Assembly (NCBI GenBank): GCA_045113275.1
Contig: JBGUIU010000300.1
Span: 241-64,240, forward strand
Source: Paludibacteraceae bacterium
Lineage (GTDB): Bacteria > Bacteroidota > Bacteroidia > Bacteroidales > Paludibacteraceae
DNA length: 64,000 nucleotides
Reading direction: 5' to 3'
In this document: positions 56,298 to 64,000 of the stretch, one piece after another
Numbering within the stretch: position 1 is the first letter of the stretch
How the letters are laid out: each line of letters begins with the position of its first letter
Notes under the pieces: model-generated
Told to the model about the DNA's origin: nothing
The model's database searches: none
Seen by the model: the letters and a program-made list of their open reading frames with translations, nothing else
Position numbers and translations under genes: made by a program

Positions 56298-56327
56298 AAG
56301 TCCGAGCAGTATGGTTCGGACTTTTTT
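56298..56327 (+). terminator. Rho-independent terminator after the small membrane peptide gene
   Basis: aagtccga / tcggactt stem with a 10-nt loop, followed by tttttt. Confidence 0.7.
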
Positions 56328-56422
56328 ATTTAAATGCTGTCATTATGAGAGGGTTATGCTAATCAGATAAAAAATATTTCAAAAAATTAGCAAAAACATT
56401 TGGCGATGTAAAAAAACAGCTA

Positions 56423-56430
56423 TATCTTTG
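56423..56430 (+). promoter_or_regulatory. -7 promoter motif (TATCTTTG) for tRNA-Pro
   Basis: Matches TAnnTTTG, 19 nt upstream of the tRNA 5' end. Confidence 0.5.
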
Positions 56431-56449
56431 CATCGCTTTTTAAGAGAAA

Positions 56450-56524
56450 CGAGGTGTAGCGCAGTCCGGTTAGCGCATCTGGTTTGGGACCAGAGGGTCG
56501 GGGGTTCGAATCCCTTCACCTCGA
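56450..56524 (+). tRNA. tRNA-Pro (anticodon TGG)
   Basis: 75-nt cloverleaf: acceptor CGAGGTG/CACCTCG, D-arm GCGC-AGTCCGGTTA-GCGC, anticodon arm TCTGG-TTTGGGA-CCAGA, T-arm GGGGG-TTCGAAT-CCCTT. Confidence 0.9.
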
Positions 56525-56526
56525 CA

Positions 56527-56561
56527 ATAGGAGAACAGAGATGTTCTCCTATTTTGTTTTT
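56527..56561 (+). terminator. Rho-independent terminator after tRNA-Pro
   Basis: 11-bp stem ataggagaaca / tgttctcctat with loop gaga, followed by tttgttttt. Confidence 0.7.
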
Positions 56562-56813
56562 AGGAGAAAACAACAACATAATATGTTGTTGAAGATCGGG
56601 TGGTCATCTTGCAATATCCGTTAAATATGCAAGATATGGAACAACCAAATCACGAGGACCGACAATGTGTAGAGCATAGATTATAGGTGAGTAGGGTAAA
56701 TTTGTTGAATTAACAATTGTTCATTCCATAATTTTACGTTATTTTTGTAAGTTGTTAAACGTTCTGAATGAGAAGAATTTGTATCATTCCGAGTGAATTT
56801 GGATGTGAATAGT

Positions 56814-57695
56814 ATGAAAAAAATAGCATTATTTATTATTTCTATTGCATTTTCTCTTGATTGCTTGATCGCACAGAATCAAGAGAAAAAAGAGATTATT
56901 AATTTCGGAGTAGAGGTTGGCGCTTATGTCTTGACCAAAGATGTGGCACCTCCAGAGAATGTTCGATTCTCAGAAAGAGGCGCTCATGCGTATTATATTC
57001 CTTGGAATATAGGGGCAATGGGTGAGTTCTTGTTTGGACAGGGAATGTTCGGTGTGGGTACTGGTCTTCGTCTGACAAGCTATACTGCTTATTATGGTGG
57101 AAAAAAGTCTAAGCATCCATATGAGTGGAACATGGATCCATCTACTGTAGATGGTCATTATATTAGTCTTTATAGTATAAAACAATCGAATAACTATTTA
57201 GGATTTCCTGTTTCTTTTAGAATATTCTTTGTTTCAAAAGAAAAGGTGGTAAGACCTTATTTCAAATTGGATCTCGCCTTTAATTTCTTGGTGGCAAATA
57301 AGAACACGATCAAGTTCGTAGAGCCTGATACTCCGTTGAATTACATAGATCAGATAAATAGTGATTTGGGTGATCCTGAGAAGTTTAATTCTACGTTGGA
57401 TTTTGCGTATGGATTGCGTATTGGAAAGGATCCGTTCTATGTTAATGCAGAGTTGCATTATCCTTCTTTTTTGCTGACAGACAGTCCAGTCTCATTTTTC
57501 CAAACCAGTGATTTGACAATGTTGAATTTTGGTTTCAAGGTGGGTCTCCAGGTGCCAATCTCATGGAGGGAATACAAAGAAAGACCTGAAGTTGAAGAGG
57601 AGATTCAATCAGATCTTATCCCAGAAGGTAACGAGATGGAGAAACATCCTATAGATGAGAATGGTGCTTTTAAAAAAGATAACGAGAATGAATGA
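56814..57695 (+). CDS. Putative outer-membrane beta-barrel protein (unknown family)
   Basis: Signal peptide 'MKKIALFIISIAFSLDCLIAQ'. Alternating aromatic/hydrophobic strands. Acidic C-terminal tail. The ORF is open from a GTG at 56793, but the ATG at 56814 gives the signal peptide. Confidence 0.45.
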   Translation: MKKIALFIISIAFSLDCLIAQNQEKKEIINFGVEVGAYVLTKDVAPPENVRFSERGAHAYYIPWNIGAMGEFLFGQGMFGVGTGLRLTSYTAYYGGKKSKHPYEWNMDPSTVDGHYISLYSIKQSNNYLGFPVSFRIFFVSKEKVVRPYFKLDLAFNFLVANKNTIKFVEPDTPLNYIDQINSDLGDPEKFNSTLDFAYGLRIGKDPFYVNAELHYPSFLLTDSPVSFFQTSDLTMLNFGFKVGLQVPISWREYKERPEVEEEIQSDLIPEGNEMEKHPIDENGAFKKDNENE

Positions 57696-57748
57696 TTTGT
57701 GAGGCGTGTTTATGCCTCACACTTTTTTCTACAGCTTTGTGTCACTGA

Positions 57749-60700
57749 ATGAAGTCTAATCATACGAGCGAATTGATGAAAAAAATAGGTCGTATCATAT
57801 TCATTGTTTTAGGCTCTTTGCTACTCCTCAATGTCATTTTGCTACTTGCGTTAAATACTTCTTATGTGCAGACGAGGATAGTGGAGAAGGTGACCAACTC
57901 TTTATCAGAAAAAACTGGTTCTGAGATTTCAATAGGGAATATTCAGCTGGATATCTTTGATGGTCTTTTCCTAAAAGATGTTTATTTAGAGGATCTGAAT
58001 AGGGATACATTGGCTTACATCGGGAATCTGAATGTTAATTATTCCTTGAAGAATATCTATAAAAACAATACCTTGACCTTGAAAAACATCGGTCTGGATA
58101 ATTTCACGATTCGTCTCCGACAAGAGACCGATACCTCGGATTATAACTTTCAGTTCTTAGTGGATGCTTTTTCTTCTAAAGAGCCTGATACTACTTCTAC
58201 TTCTTCTCCTTTCCGTATGGATGTTGATAGAATCTTGCTGAAAAATGGTTCTTTCTCTATGGATATTGCATCGGCTGAGGAAACTCCTAACCAATTTAAT
58301 GCAAAACATCTTCGTGTCGATAGCATTGAAGCAGACCTCTCTCTGCTATTGGATCTTCCTTCTCGGATAGAGAGTACAGTGGATAATATTTCAGGAAAAG
58401 AAAAGAGCGGACTCCTGCTGCGTCATTTAGAGACCGATGTGGCATTTTATCTGGATTCGCTGATTCTCTTGCCTGAGATAGAGATTGAATCTAACAAAAC
58501 AACACTCAGGGCAGAGAATGTATCATATCATTTTGCTAACACAGAGGTGAATGCTGCTATTGTAGAGTCAGCCATTGTCCCTTCTGATTTTCAGTGTTTT
58601 GTTCCTCAACTCTCTTCGTTCACTGATGAAGTGGAAGTGCTGGGCGATGCAAAACTTCTTTTGCCGGAGTTGAGTGTCAAGTCTCTTTCTGTGAAATACC
58701 CTGATGTTTTGTCGCTTGATGTTCCTGAACTCTATGTGAAGAATCTGGATGACTGGCAACACTCCGACTTGAAATGTGTTGTGAATCAGGTGAACCTTTC
58801 TCGAAAGCTTCCGTCGACATTGAAGAAGACCTTGTCTGTCGAATTACCTCCGGCCGTGGATTCACTACTTCCTTGTTCGGCATCGTTGAAAATGGAGGGC
58901 GCTCTACCTTCGTTAAATCAATCTCTTCAGTTACAATGTGCTGTGGGATCATTACAAGAAAAAGGTCTTGTCTCTTACAAAGCGGATGAGGAGTATCTGT
59001 CAGCTACCACCCGTTGGAACCTGGATGTCTTGTCTTTGCAACCCCTCCTTTCGTCGGATATGGTGGGGGAGGTTAAAGGAGATGTGCACAGTGATGTGAA
59101 GTGGAACCTGAAACGAAACCCTTCAGTTGATTTGAAGGCGGATATCTCAACGCTTGTCTTGAATGGATATCGTTATGATACGTTGAAAGTCAAGGGTTCT
59201 ACTAAAGAGTTGGAGGAGACGGAACTGTTTGTGGAGTCTTCTGATCCTAACTGTAACCTTGATTTGCAATTGACGGTGAATCATTTGTTAGCTGATGATA
59301 TGCAGACTGAATTGATTACCAGAATCGATCGATTGGCTCCTGAGAAATTACAGTTGGCAGACTCTCTTGGAAATCTGACAGTGGCAGGATCCTTTTATGT
59401 GAAGGGTGTCGGTATGGATTATAATAAGTGGAGGGGCGAGATCTCCATTGATAGCTTATATCTTCAAAAGGATTCATCGCAATTTTTCCTTCCTTACGTA
59501 GGTGTTAAGCAGTCGGTAAAAGGCGCTGAAAAATTAATCGATATTCATAGTTCTATTGTGAATGGTTATATCTCTGGAACATTTGATTACGAAAATATTT
59601 ATCCATCGTTTACGAATCTCATGCATCGGTATCTGCCTACATTCTTTCGTGAGACGGCAGATTCATTGTTGACGGCTGAATTGACCTTTTCGTTGGATAT
59701 TTCACAAACCGATTCGTTGCTTAAGTATCTGAATGTGAACTGGCATTTGGCTGATCATATTATTGCCAAGGGAGCATTGAGTAACTCGAAGAATCTGTTG
59801 GATGTGGATTTGTCTGTACCAGAGATGAGAAATGGTTCGATGAAAATCGCTCCATCTCAGGTAGCGTTATATTCTACTCATGTAGAAGGGAAAGAGGTTT
59901 TGGCAGGAGAAATCTCCACTAAAATATATCCAGATGAATCGCATGATTTTTCTACAGCAGCGAACGCAAATCTGTTGATATGCAGGGATTCGATTTATAA
60001 TGATTTACAATTAGTGTCAAAGTCGGATACCGTGTTGATGAAAGCTAAATTCCGAGATTGTCTCTCGTTTCATCCATTGAATTCGAGTGAATATGAGATT
60101 CGGGTTGATTTAGACTCTTCCACAATTCATTTGAAGGATCGTTTGTTTAGGACGAATCGTTCACTCATACAGATGTTCCCAGAGAAAATCATCGTCTCCA
60201 ACCTCGGTTTCTCCACGAGTGATAGAAGACCCATCATGATGGCGGATGGTGTCCTTTCTTCCTCTTTGGATGATTCTATGTTCGTGAAGTTTGACAAGTT
60301 GAGGTTGCAAGGTATTTTGAATCTGTTATATGGTGATTCTATTCCGCCTGCTGATTGTGAGATTAATGGTACGGTGAAGGCCTGTGCTATACTAGGAGAG
60401 GATTTCCGATTCTCTACGAGAGGTTTTAAGATTGATGATATTGTGTATGATGGCAATCAGGTTGGAAACATGAAGGTGTCAGCCGTATGGGATAATGCAA
60501 GGAAAGGTGTGTTTGCCAAAATAGATCTTGAAAAAGATGGACAACATTTGATGAATATCAAGGGTGTGGTGTTGCCAGCCAAACAGTATGTGAAGATGAA
60601 GGCGGTGCTTGATAACGTTCCGTTGAATTATATCATGCCGGTTGCACGAGAGTATCTGTCAAACATCAAGGGCTATGTGGGGTCTGATATTGATATGGAA

Positions 60701-62272
60701 GGAGAACTGTCTGATTTAAAAATCAATGGTTGCGTTTATCTGAAGGATGCTATGTTTAAGGTGAACTATACTGGTGTCACCTATTCTATTTCGGATAGTA
60801 TCAAGATGGATGGAAATCATTTTTATGCGAAAAACTTCAAGGTGTGGGATGATAACAATAATGTCTTGTTGTTTAATGGAGACATCACGCATGATAAATT
60901 TACATCGTTTAAGTATAAGATGAGTTTGAATATGCGCGATTTCGCAGTGTTGAATAATCCTAAAGCCAGGAAAAATATGGTTTATGGAACATTCTATGTC
61001 AACGGTAAGAATCTGACATTGGAAGGTACAGAGTCGGGTGTGAGTTTGACGGGTGAATTGAGTAATGCAGATAAAACAGTGGTGAATATTACGTTGCCAG
61101 AATCGGTGATTGAGGCAAATACGTATGATAACATTATATATGTGAAGCCAGAAGAGGAGAAAAAAGACTCTATAGAGGAACGAAATCCATTTAAGAGCAA
61201 TTTCGATGTATATGCTAACTTGTCGGTAGAGTTGACGGATAAAGCTACTTTTAATGTAGACTTGTCTGATGGTGCCATGGTGAGAGGCAATGGAAAACTG
61301 AGAGTGTTGTATGAAGATAATTTACTGTCATTGTTTAATCGTTTCTCTGTGACAGATGGTTACTTGAAAGTGAAGCTGACTGGATTGCCAACGAAGAAGT
61401 TCACCTTGCAGGAAGGTAGTTATGTTGATTTCACGGGTGATCCGATGAATTTGAAATTCAATGCAACGGCCACCTATGGTTTGACAGCCGATCTTTCGAC
61501 GTTGAATACCTCATTCTCAACCATGGGAATGTCCTCCACGCGTGTTCCTGTGAACTGTAATCTGATTGCCTCTGGAAGTTTGACTAATATGAATCTATCG
61601 TATGATGTGACGGTTCCAAAGGCTGATGAGGAAATACAAAAGACGGTTAGTAGTATCATTAATACAGATGATATTCGTATCAAGGAGTTTGCTTATCTCT
61701 TGGGTGTTGGAATATTCTATGACCCGACAGGTGGTGTGCAGGGTAACTCTGCCTTGGTCTCTTTTGCCTCTTCATCTTTAACATCGGCCTTGAATGGTGT
61801 GTTAGGTAATGTGTCGGATAAGTTCACGTTGGGTACGGATGTTAACTCTTCGGAAGATTTTTCGGATGTTGAGGTGAGTGTTTCTGCATCGACTAAACTG
61901 GCGAATGATAAACTCTTGTTAAGTGCCAATGTGGGTTACCAGACGAATACGAATGGCGGGGATAATCCATTTATGACAGATTTTGATGTAGAGTATCTGT
62001 TAGGAAAGACAGGTATGTTCCGTATAAAAGCGTATAATCATACGAACAATGATTTCTATCGTGTAAATAAAAATATGCAAGGATTGGGTGTCTCATTTGT
62101 GCGTGAATCTAAGCAATTAAATCAACTGTTTAGAATCAAAAATGAATTCAATACGATAAAAAAGAGAAATGAATATCTCACCCCTGATTCTATCCCTGCA
62201 AAAAAGAAGATAGATCATTCAATGAAGAACGATACCATTCGTTCAGAAAGGAGAAGCCATGATGAAGAATAA
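57749..62272 (+). CDS. tamB: Translocation and assembly module protein TamB (AsmA-like, DUF490 C-terminus)
   Basis: 1507 aa. Single N-terminal TM anchor 'IIFIVLGSLLLLNVILLLALN'. Long beta-rich body. C-terminal 'FDVEYLLGKTGMFRIKAYNH'. Directly followed by an Omp85 gene. Confidence 0.85.
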   Translation: MKSNHTSELMKKIGRIIFIVLGSLLLLNVILLLALNTSYVQTRIVEKVTNSLSEKTGSEISIGNIQLDIFDGLFLKDVYLEDLNRDTLAYIGNLNVNYSLKNIYKNNTLTLKNIGLDNFTIRLRQETDTSDYNFQFLVDAFSSKEPDTTSTSSPFRMDVDRILLKNGSFSMDIASAEETPNQFNAKHLRVDSIEADLSLLLDLPSRIESTVDNISGKEKSGLLLRHLETDVAFYLDSLILLPEIEIESNKTTLRAENVSYHFANTEVNAAIVESAIVPSDFQCFVPQLSSFTDEVEVLGDAKLLLPELSVKSLSVKYPDVLSLDVPELYVKNLDDWQHSDLKCVVNQVNLSRKLPSTLKKTLSVELPPAVDSLLPCSASLKMEGALPSLNQSLQLQCAVGSLQEKGLVSYKADEEYLSATTRWNLDVLSLQPLLSSDMVGEVKGDVHSDVKWNLKRNPSVDLKADISTLVLNGYRYDTLKVKGSTKELEETELFVESSDPNCNLDLQLTVNHLLADDMQTELITRIDRLAPEKLQLADSLGNLTVAGSFYVKGVGMDYNKWRGEISIDSLYLQKDSSQFFLPYVGVKQSVKGAEKLIDIHSSIVNGYISGTFDYENIYPSFTNLMHRYLPTFFRETADSLLTAELTFSLDISQTDSLLKYLNVNWHLADHIIAKGALSNSKNLLDVDLSVPEMRNGSMKIAPSQVALYSTHVEGKEVLAGEISTKIYPDESHDFSTAANANLLICRDSIYNDLQLVSKSDTVLMKAKFRDCLSFHPLNSSEYEIRVDLDSSTIHLKDRLFRTNRSLIQMFPEKIIVSNLGFSTSDRRPIMMADGVLSSSLDDSMFVKFDKLRLQGILNLLYGDSIPPADCEINGTVKACAILGEDFRFSTRGFKIDDIVYDGNQVGNMKVSAVWDNARKGVFAKIDLEKDGQHLMNIKGVVLPAKQYVKMKAVLDNVPLNYIMPVAREYLSNIKGYVGSDIDMEGELSDLKINGCVYLKDAMFKVNYTGVTYSISDSIKMDGNHFYAKNFKVWDDNNNVLLFNGDITHDKFTSFKYKMSLNMRDFAVLNNPKARKNMVYGTFYVNGKNLTLEGTESGVSLTGELSNADKTVVNITLPESVIEANTYDNIIYVKPEEEKKDSIEERNPFKSNFDVYANLSVELTDKATFNVDLSDGAMVRGNGKLRVLYEDNLLSLFNRFSVTDGYLKVKLTGLPTKKFTLQEGSYVDFTGDPMNLKFNATATYGLTADLSTLNTSFSTMGMSSTRVPVNCNLIASGSLTNMNLSYDVTVPKADEEIQKTVSSIINTDDIRIKEFAYLLGVGIFYDPTGGVQGNSALVSFASSSLTSALNGVLGNVSDKFTLGTDVNSSEDFSDVEVSVSASTKLANDKLLLSANVGYQTNTNGGDNPFMTDFDVEYLLGKTGMFRIKAYNHTNNDFYRVNKNMQGLGVSFVRESKQLNQLFRIKNEFNTIKKRNEYLTPDSIPAKKKIDHSMKNDTIRSERRSHDEE

Positions 62273-64000
62273 AGGACTCCTAATTGCTTTTGTGGCCATG
62301 TTGGTCCTGTCGGCTTGTTCTACAACGAAGTATGTGGGGGAGGATAGCTATTTGTTGAACAAAAATCGTATTGTTGTCGAGAATGATGAAGTCATGGTGG
62401 AACAGTTGCATGATTATATTAGTCAGCAGCCGAATCCGAATGCATTGTTCATCCCTAAATTGAGTCTGCATGTTTATTCCTTATCGGGTCGGGATACGTC
62501 CAAGAAGATCAATCGTTTGTTGCGCCGTATGGGGTCTGAACCGGTCATCTTTGATGAAGGTAGGATGGAGTATTCAGAGAAACAGTTGACGAAACGTATG
62601 CATAATTTAGGTTACTTGAATGCTCAGGTGACTCATTGTCTGGATACAGCGAAAAAGAAGATGAATGTAACGTATTGCATTCGTCCCAAAGAGAGATATT
62701 TTGTCCGTAATTTTAATGTAGAGTTTGACTCTCCCGACATGAAGGCGTTGCTGAGAACTAAAAAGGCTAAAAAGGCGGTGAAACTAAAGGAAAATGAACC
62801 GTTTGTCTCTGAACGTTTTGATCAAATGTCTGCTGATCTGACAGCTGCCTTTTGGAATGTCGGTTACTATAATTTAACGAAGGAGAATTTCTATTTTCTG
62901 GCGGATACCTCTGTTGGTGATCATAAAGTGGATGTCACGTTGAAGTATCGACGAATCATGAAGGATACAAGTGATGTCGATCAAGCATTACAGCGTTATA
63001 AGTTTCGGAAAGTGACTATCTTAAATGGAGTCGAGCAGAATGTGATTCAAGCTAAGAGGGCTAAGAAAATCAGTAGCCATATGAAGCTAAAGATGGATAC
63101 AGTTGAGTATGAGGGGCTTACGATTATAAATGGTGGTGAACCGCTGATGCGTTCTTCTGTATTGTATAACAATATCTTTATTCGTCCAAGGCGTTATTAT
63201 AGTGATGTGTTGTTGGAGAATTCCTATAACTCGTTGAATGCTCTTTCTGCTGTTAGTCAGGTGGGTGTTCAGATAGAACCGGCGAAGGATGACTCTGCCA
63301 TGTTGGATGCTGTCATCTCATTGACTCCGGCTAATATCTATTATTTCAGATATGGTATTGAAGGTACAAATAATGCTGGATTGGGTGTCTCAAGTAATGT
63401 TTCATTCCAGCAGCGAAATTTGTTCAAGGGTTCGGAGGTGATCAGTCTGAAACTTGAGGGGGCGTATGAACACTATCAAGGAAATAATTATGTCATAGGT
63501 GATAAATCGTATGAGGTGGCTGGAGGAAACTATTATGAGTACGGTGGAGAGTTATCTTTGACCATTCCAAGGATCATCTTGGATTTCTTGCCACAGAGGT
63601 ATCGCAAACAGGTAGGTGCGGCTACAAGTTTCTCATTCAGTTCGAAGTGGAGAAAGAGACCTGAGTATGACCGTTTGTTTTTGGGATTGGACTGGAAATA
63701 TAATTGGTTTACGAATCGTCGTCGTGTGTCTCATACGTTTGATCTCTATAATATCAATTATGTGGTGTCTCGTTCCGTGTCAGATTGGTTTACCACCTAT
63801 CTAGAGACGAATGGTAATGAGTTGTTGAAAGAGAGTTATAAGGATCAGTTCATCACCCGTTCTTCGTATTCAATTGTCTATACAAGTGATGTTGCATCCA
63901 GCACGGTGAAAAAAGGATGGACCATACGGACGAGTTTGGATATTGCAGGAACATTGCCATTTTTGATATGTACTATTTTCCCAATCGAAAAGAAAGACGG
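62259..64000 (+). CDS. Omp85/BamA-family outer membrane protein with lipoprotein signal (TamL-type TamA homologue), 3' end outside the window
   Basis: Open frame from the ATG at 62259 to the window edge (absent from the ORF track because it has no stop). 'MMKNKGLLIAFVAMLVLSAC' lipobox. POTRA-like N-terminal region, then beta-barrel-type sequence. 14-nt overlap with tamB. Confidence 0.8.
   Translation, partial: MMKNKGLLIAFVAMLVLSACSTTKYVGEDSYLLNKNRIVVENDEVMVEQLHDYISQQPNPNALFIPKLSLHVYSLSGRDTSKKINRLLRRMGSEPVIFDEGRMEYSEKQLTKRMHNLGYLNAQVTHCLDTAKKKMNVTYCIRPKERYFVRNFNVEFDSPDMKALLRTKKAKKAVKLKENEPFVSERFDQMSADLTAAFWNVGYYNLTKENFYFLADTSVGDHKVDVTLKYRRIMKDTSDVDQALQRYKFRKVTILNGVEQNVIQAKRAKKISSHMKLKMDTVEYEGLTIINGGEPLMRSSVLYNNIFIRPRRYYSDVLLENSYNSLNALSAVSQVGVQIEPAKDDSAMLDAVISLTPANIYYFRYGIEGTNNAGLGVSSNVSFQQRNLFKGSEVISLKLEGAYEHYQGNNYVIGDKSYEVAGGNYYEYGGELSLTIPRIILDFLPQRYRKQVGAATSFSFSSKWRKRPEYDRLFLGLDWKYNWFTNRRRVSHTFDLYNINYVVSRSVSDWFTTYLETNGNELLKESYKDQFITRSSYSIVYTSDVASSTVKKGWTIRTSLDIAGTLPFLICTIFPIEKKD

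Noticed and set aside
56379-56579. A 66-aa minus-strand ORF.
   Set aside because: It lies entirely antisense to tRNA-Pro, its promoter and its terminator, so it is spurious.
56571-56591. A 21-nt near-perfect palindrome, caacaacat-a-a-t-atgttgttg, downstream of the tRNA-Pro terminator.
   Set aside because: It is short, AT-rich and isolated. It could be a second hairpin of the terminator region, and there is not enough evidence to call it a binding site.
1-64000. A search by eye for CRISPR arrays, transposases, integrases, restriction-modification genes, toxin-antitoxin pairs or other recognisable defence modules.
   Set aside because: I saw no regularly spaced identical repeats and no ORF with recombinase, transposase or defence-type motifs. 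The only mobility signature is the 54-bp direct repeat pair around the WG cassette.

Overview
This 64-kb window looks like a chromosomal segment of an AT-rich Bacteroidota (Bacteroidales-like) genome. Supporting signs are TAnnTTTG -7 promoter motifs ahead of many genes, tight ATGA/GTGA start-stop overlaps, a T9SS C-terminal sorting domain and a lipoprotein Omp85 (TamL-type). Positions 17-18525 form one 20-gene minus-strand operon for an aryl-polyene/flexirubin-like type II PKS-lipid pathway. It encodes 3 active KS, 2 degenerate KS-like proteins, 2 ACPs, 2 hotdog dehydratases, an O-methyltransferase, LpxL-like and PlsC-like acyltransferases, a GT2, an MMPL-acyltransferase fusion and a PaaK-like ligase. 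Atypical inserts are two DUF4230 proteins and a secreted esterase. Downstream come three tandem FKBP isomerases, an AsnC regulator, rimP-nusA-infB, cvpA, a BspA-like T9SS cargo protein, two orphan genes and a solitary AddB-like nuclease. A frameshifted WG-repeat gene follows, bracketed by 54-bp direct repeats, then a PAP2 protein, rpoN, tRNA-Phe and a YgjP-like hydrolase. Next are a lipoprotein + radical SAM/SPASM pair and a 1257-aa secreted E/K/R/Q-rich protein with an exact 54-residue periodicity. That protein sits directly ahead of cdsA-psd-pssA-sppA-lpxK-PNP. The window ends with a 1427-aa double BcrAD/BadFG activase fusion, a BASS-like transporter, a YeaQ/GlsB protein, tRNA-Arg, a 57-aa membrane peptide, tRNA-Pro, an OM beta-barrel candidate and tamB-tamL. 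I saw no CRISPR array, transposase, integrase or recognisable defence genes. The best candidates for uncharacterised biology are the non-canonical APE-like operon with its DUF4230 pair, the rSAM/SPASM-lipoprotein pair, the giant periodic helical protein with its uORF-coupled TTG start, and the direct-repeat-bounded WG cassette. All family assignments come from motif reading by eye; no database search was run.
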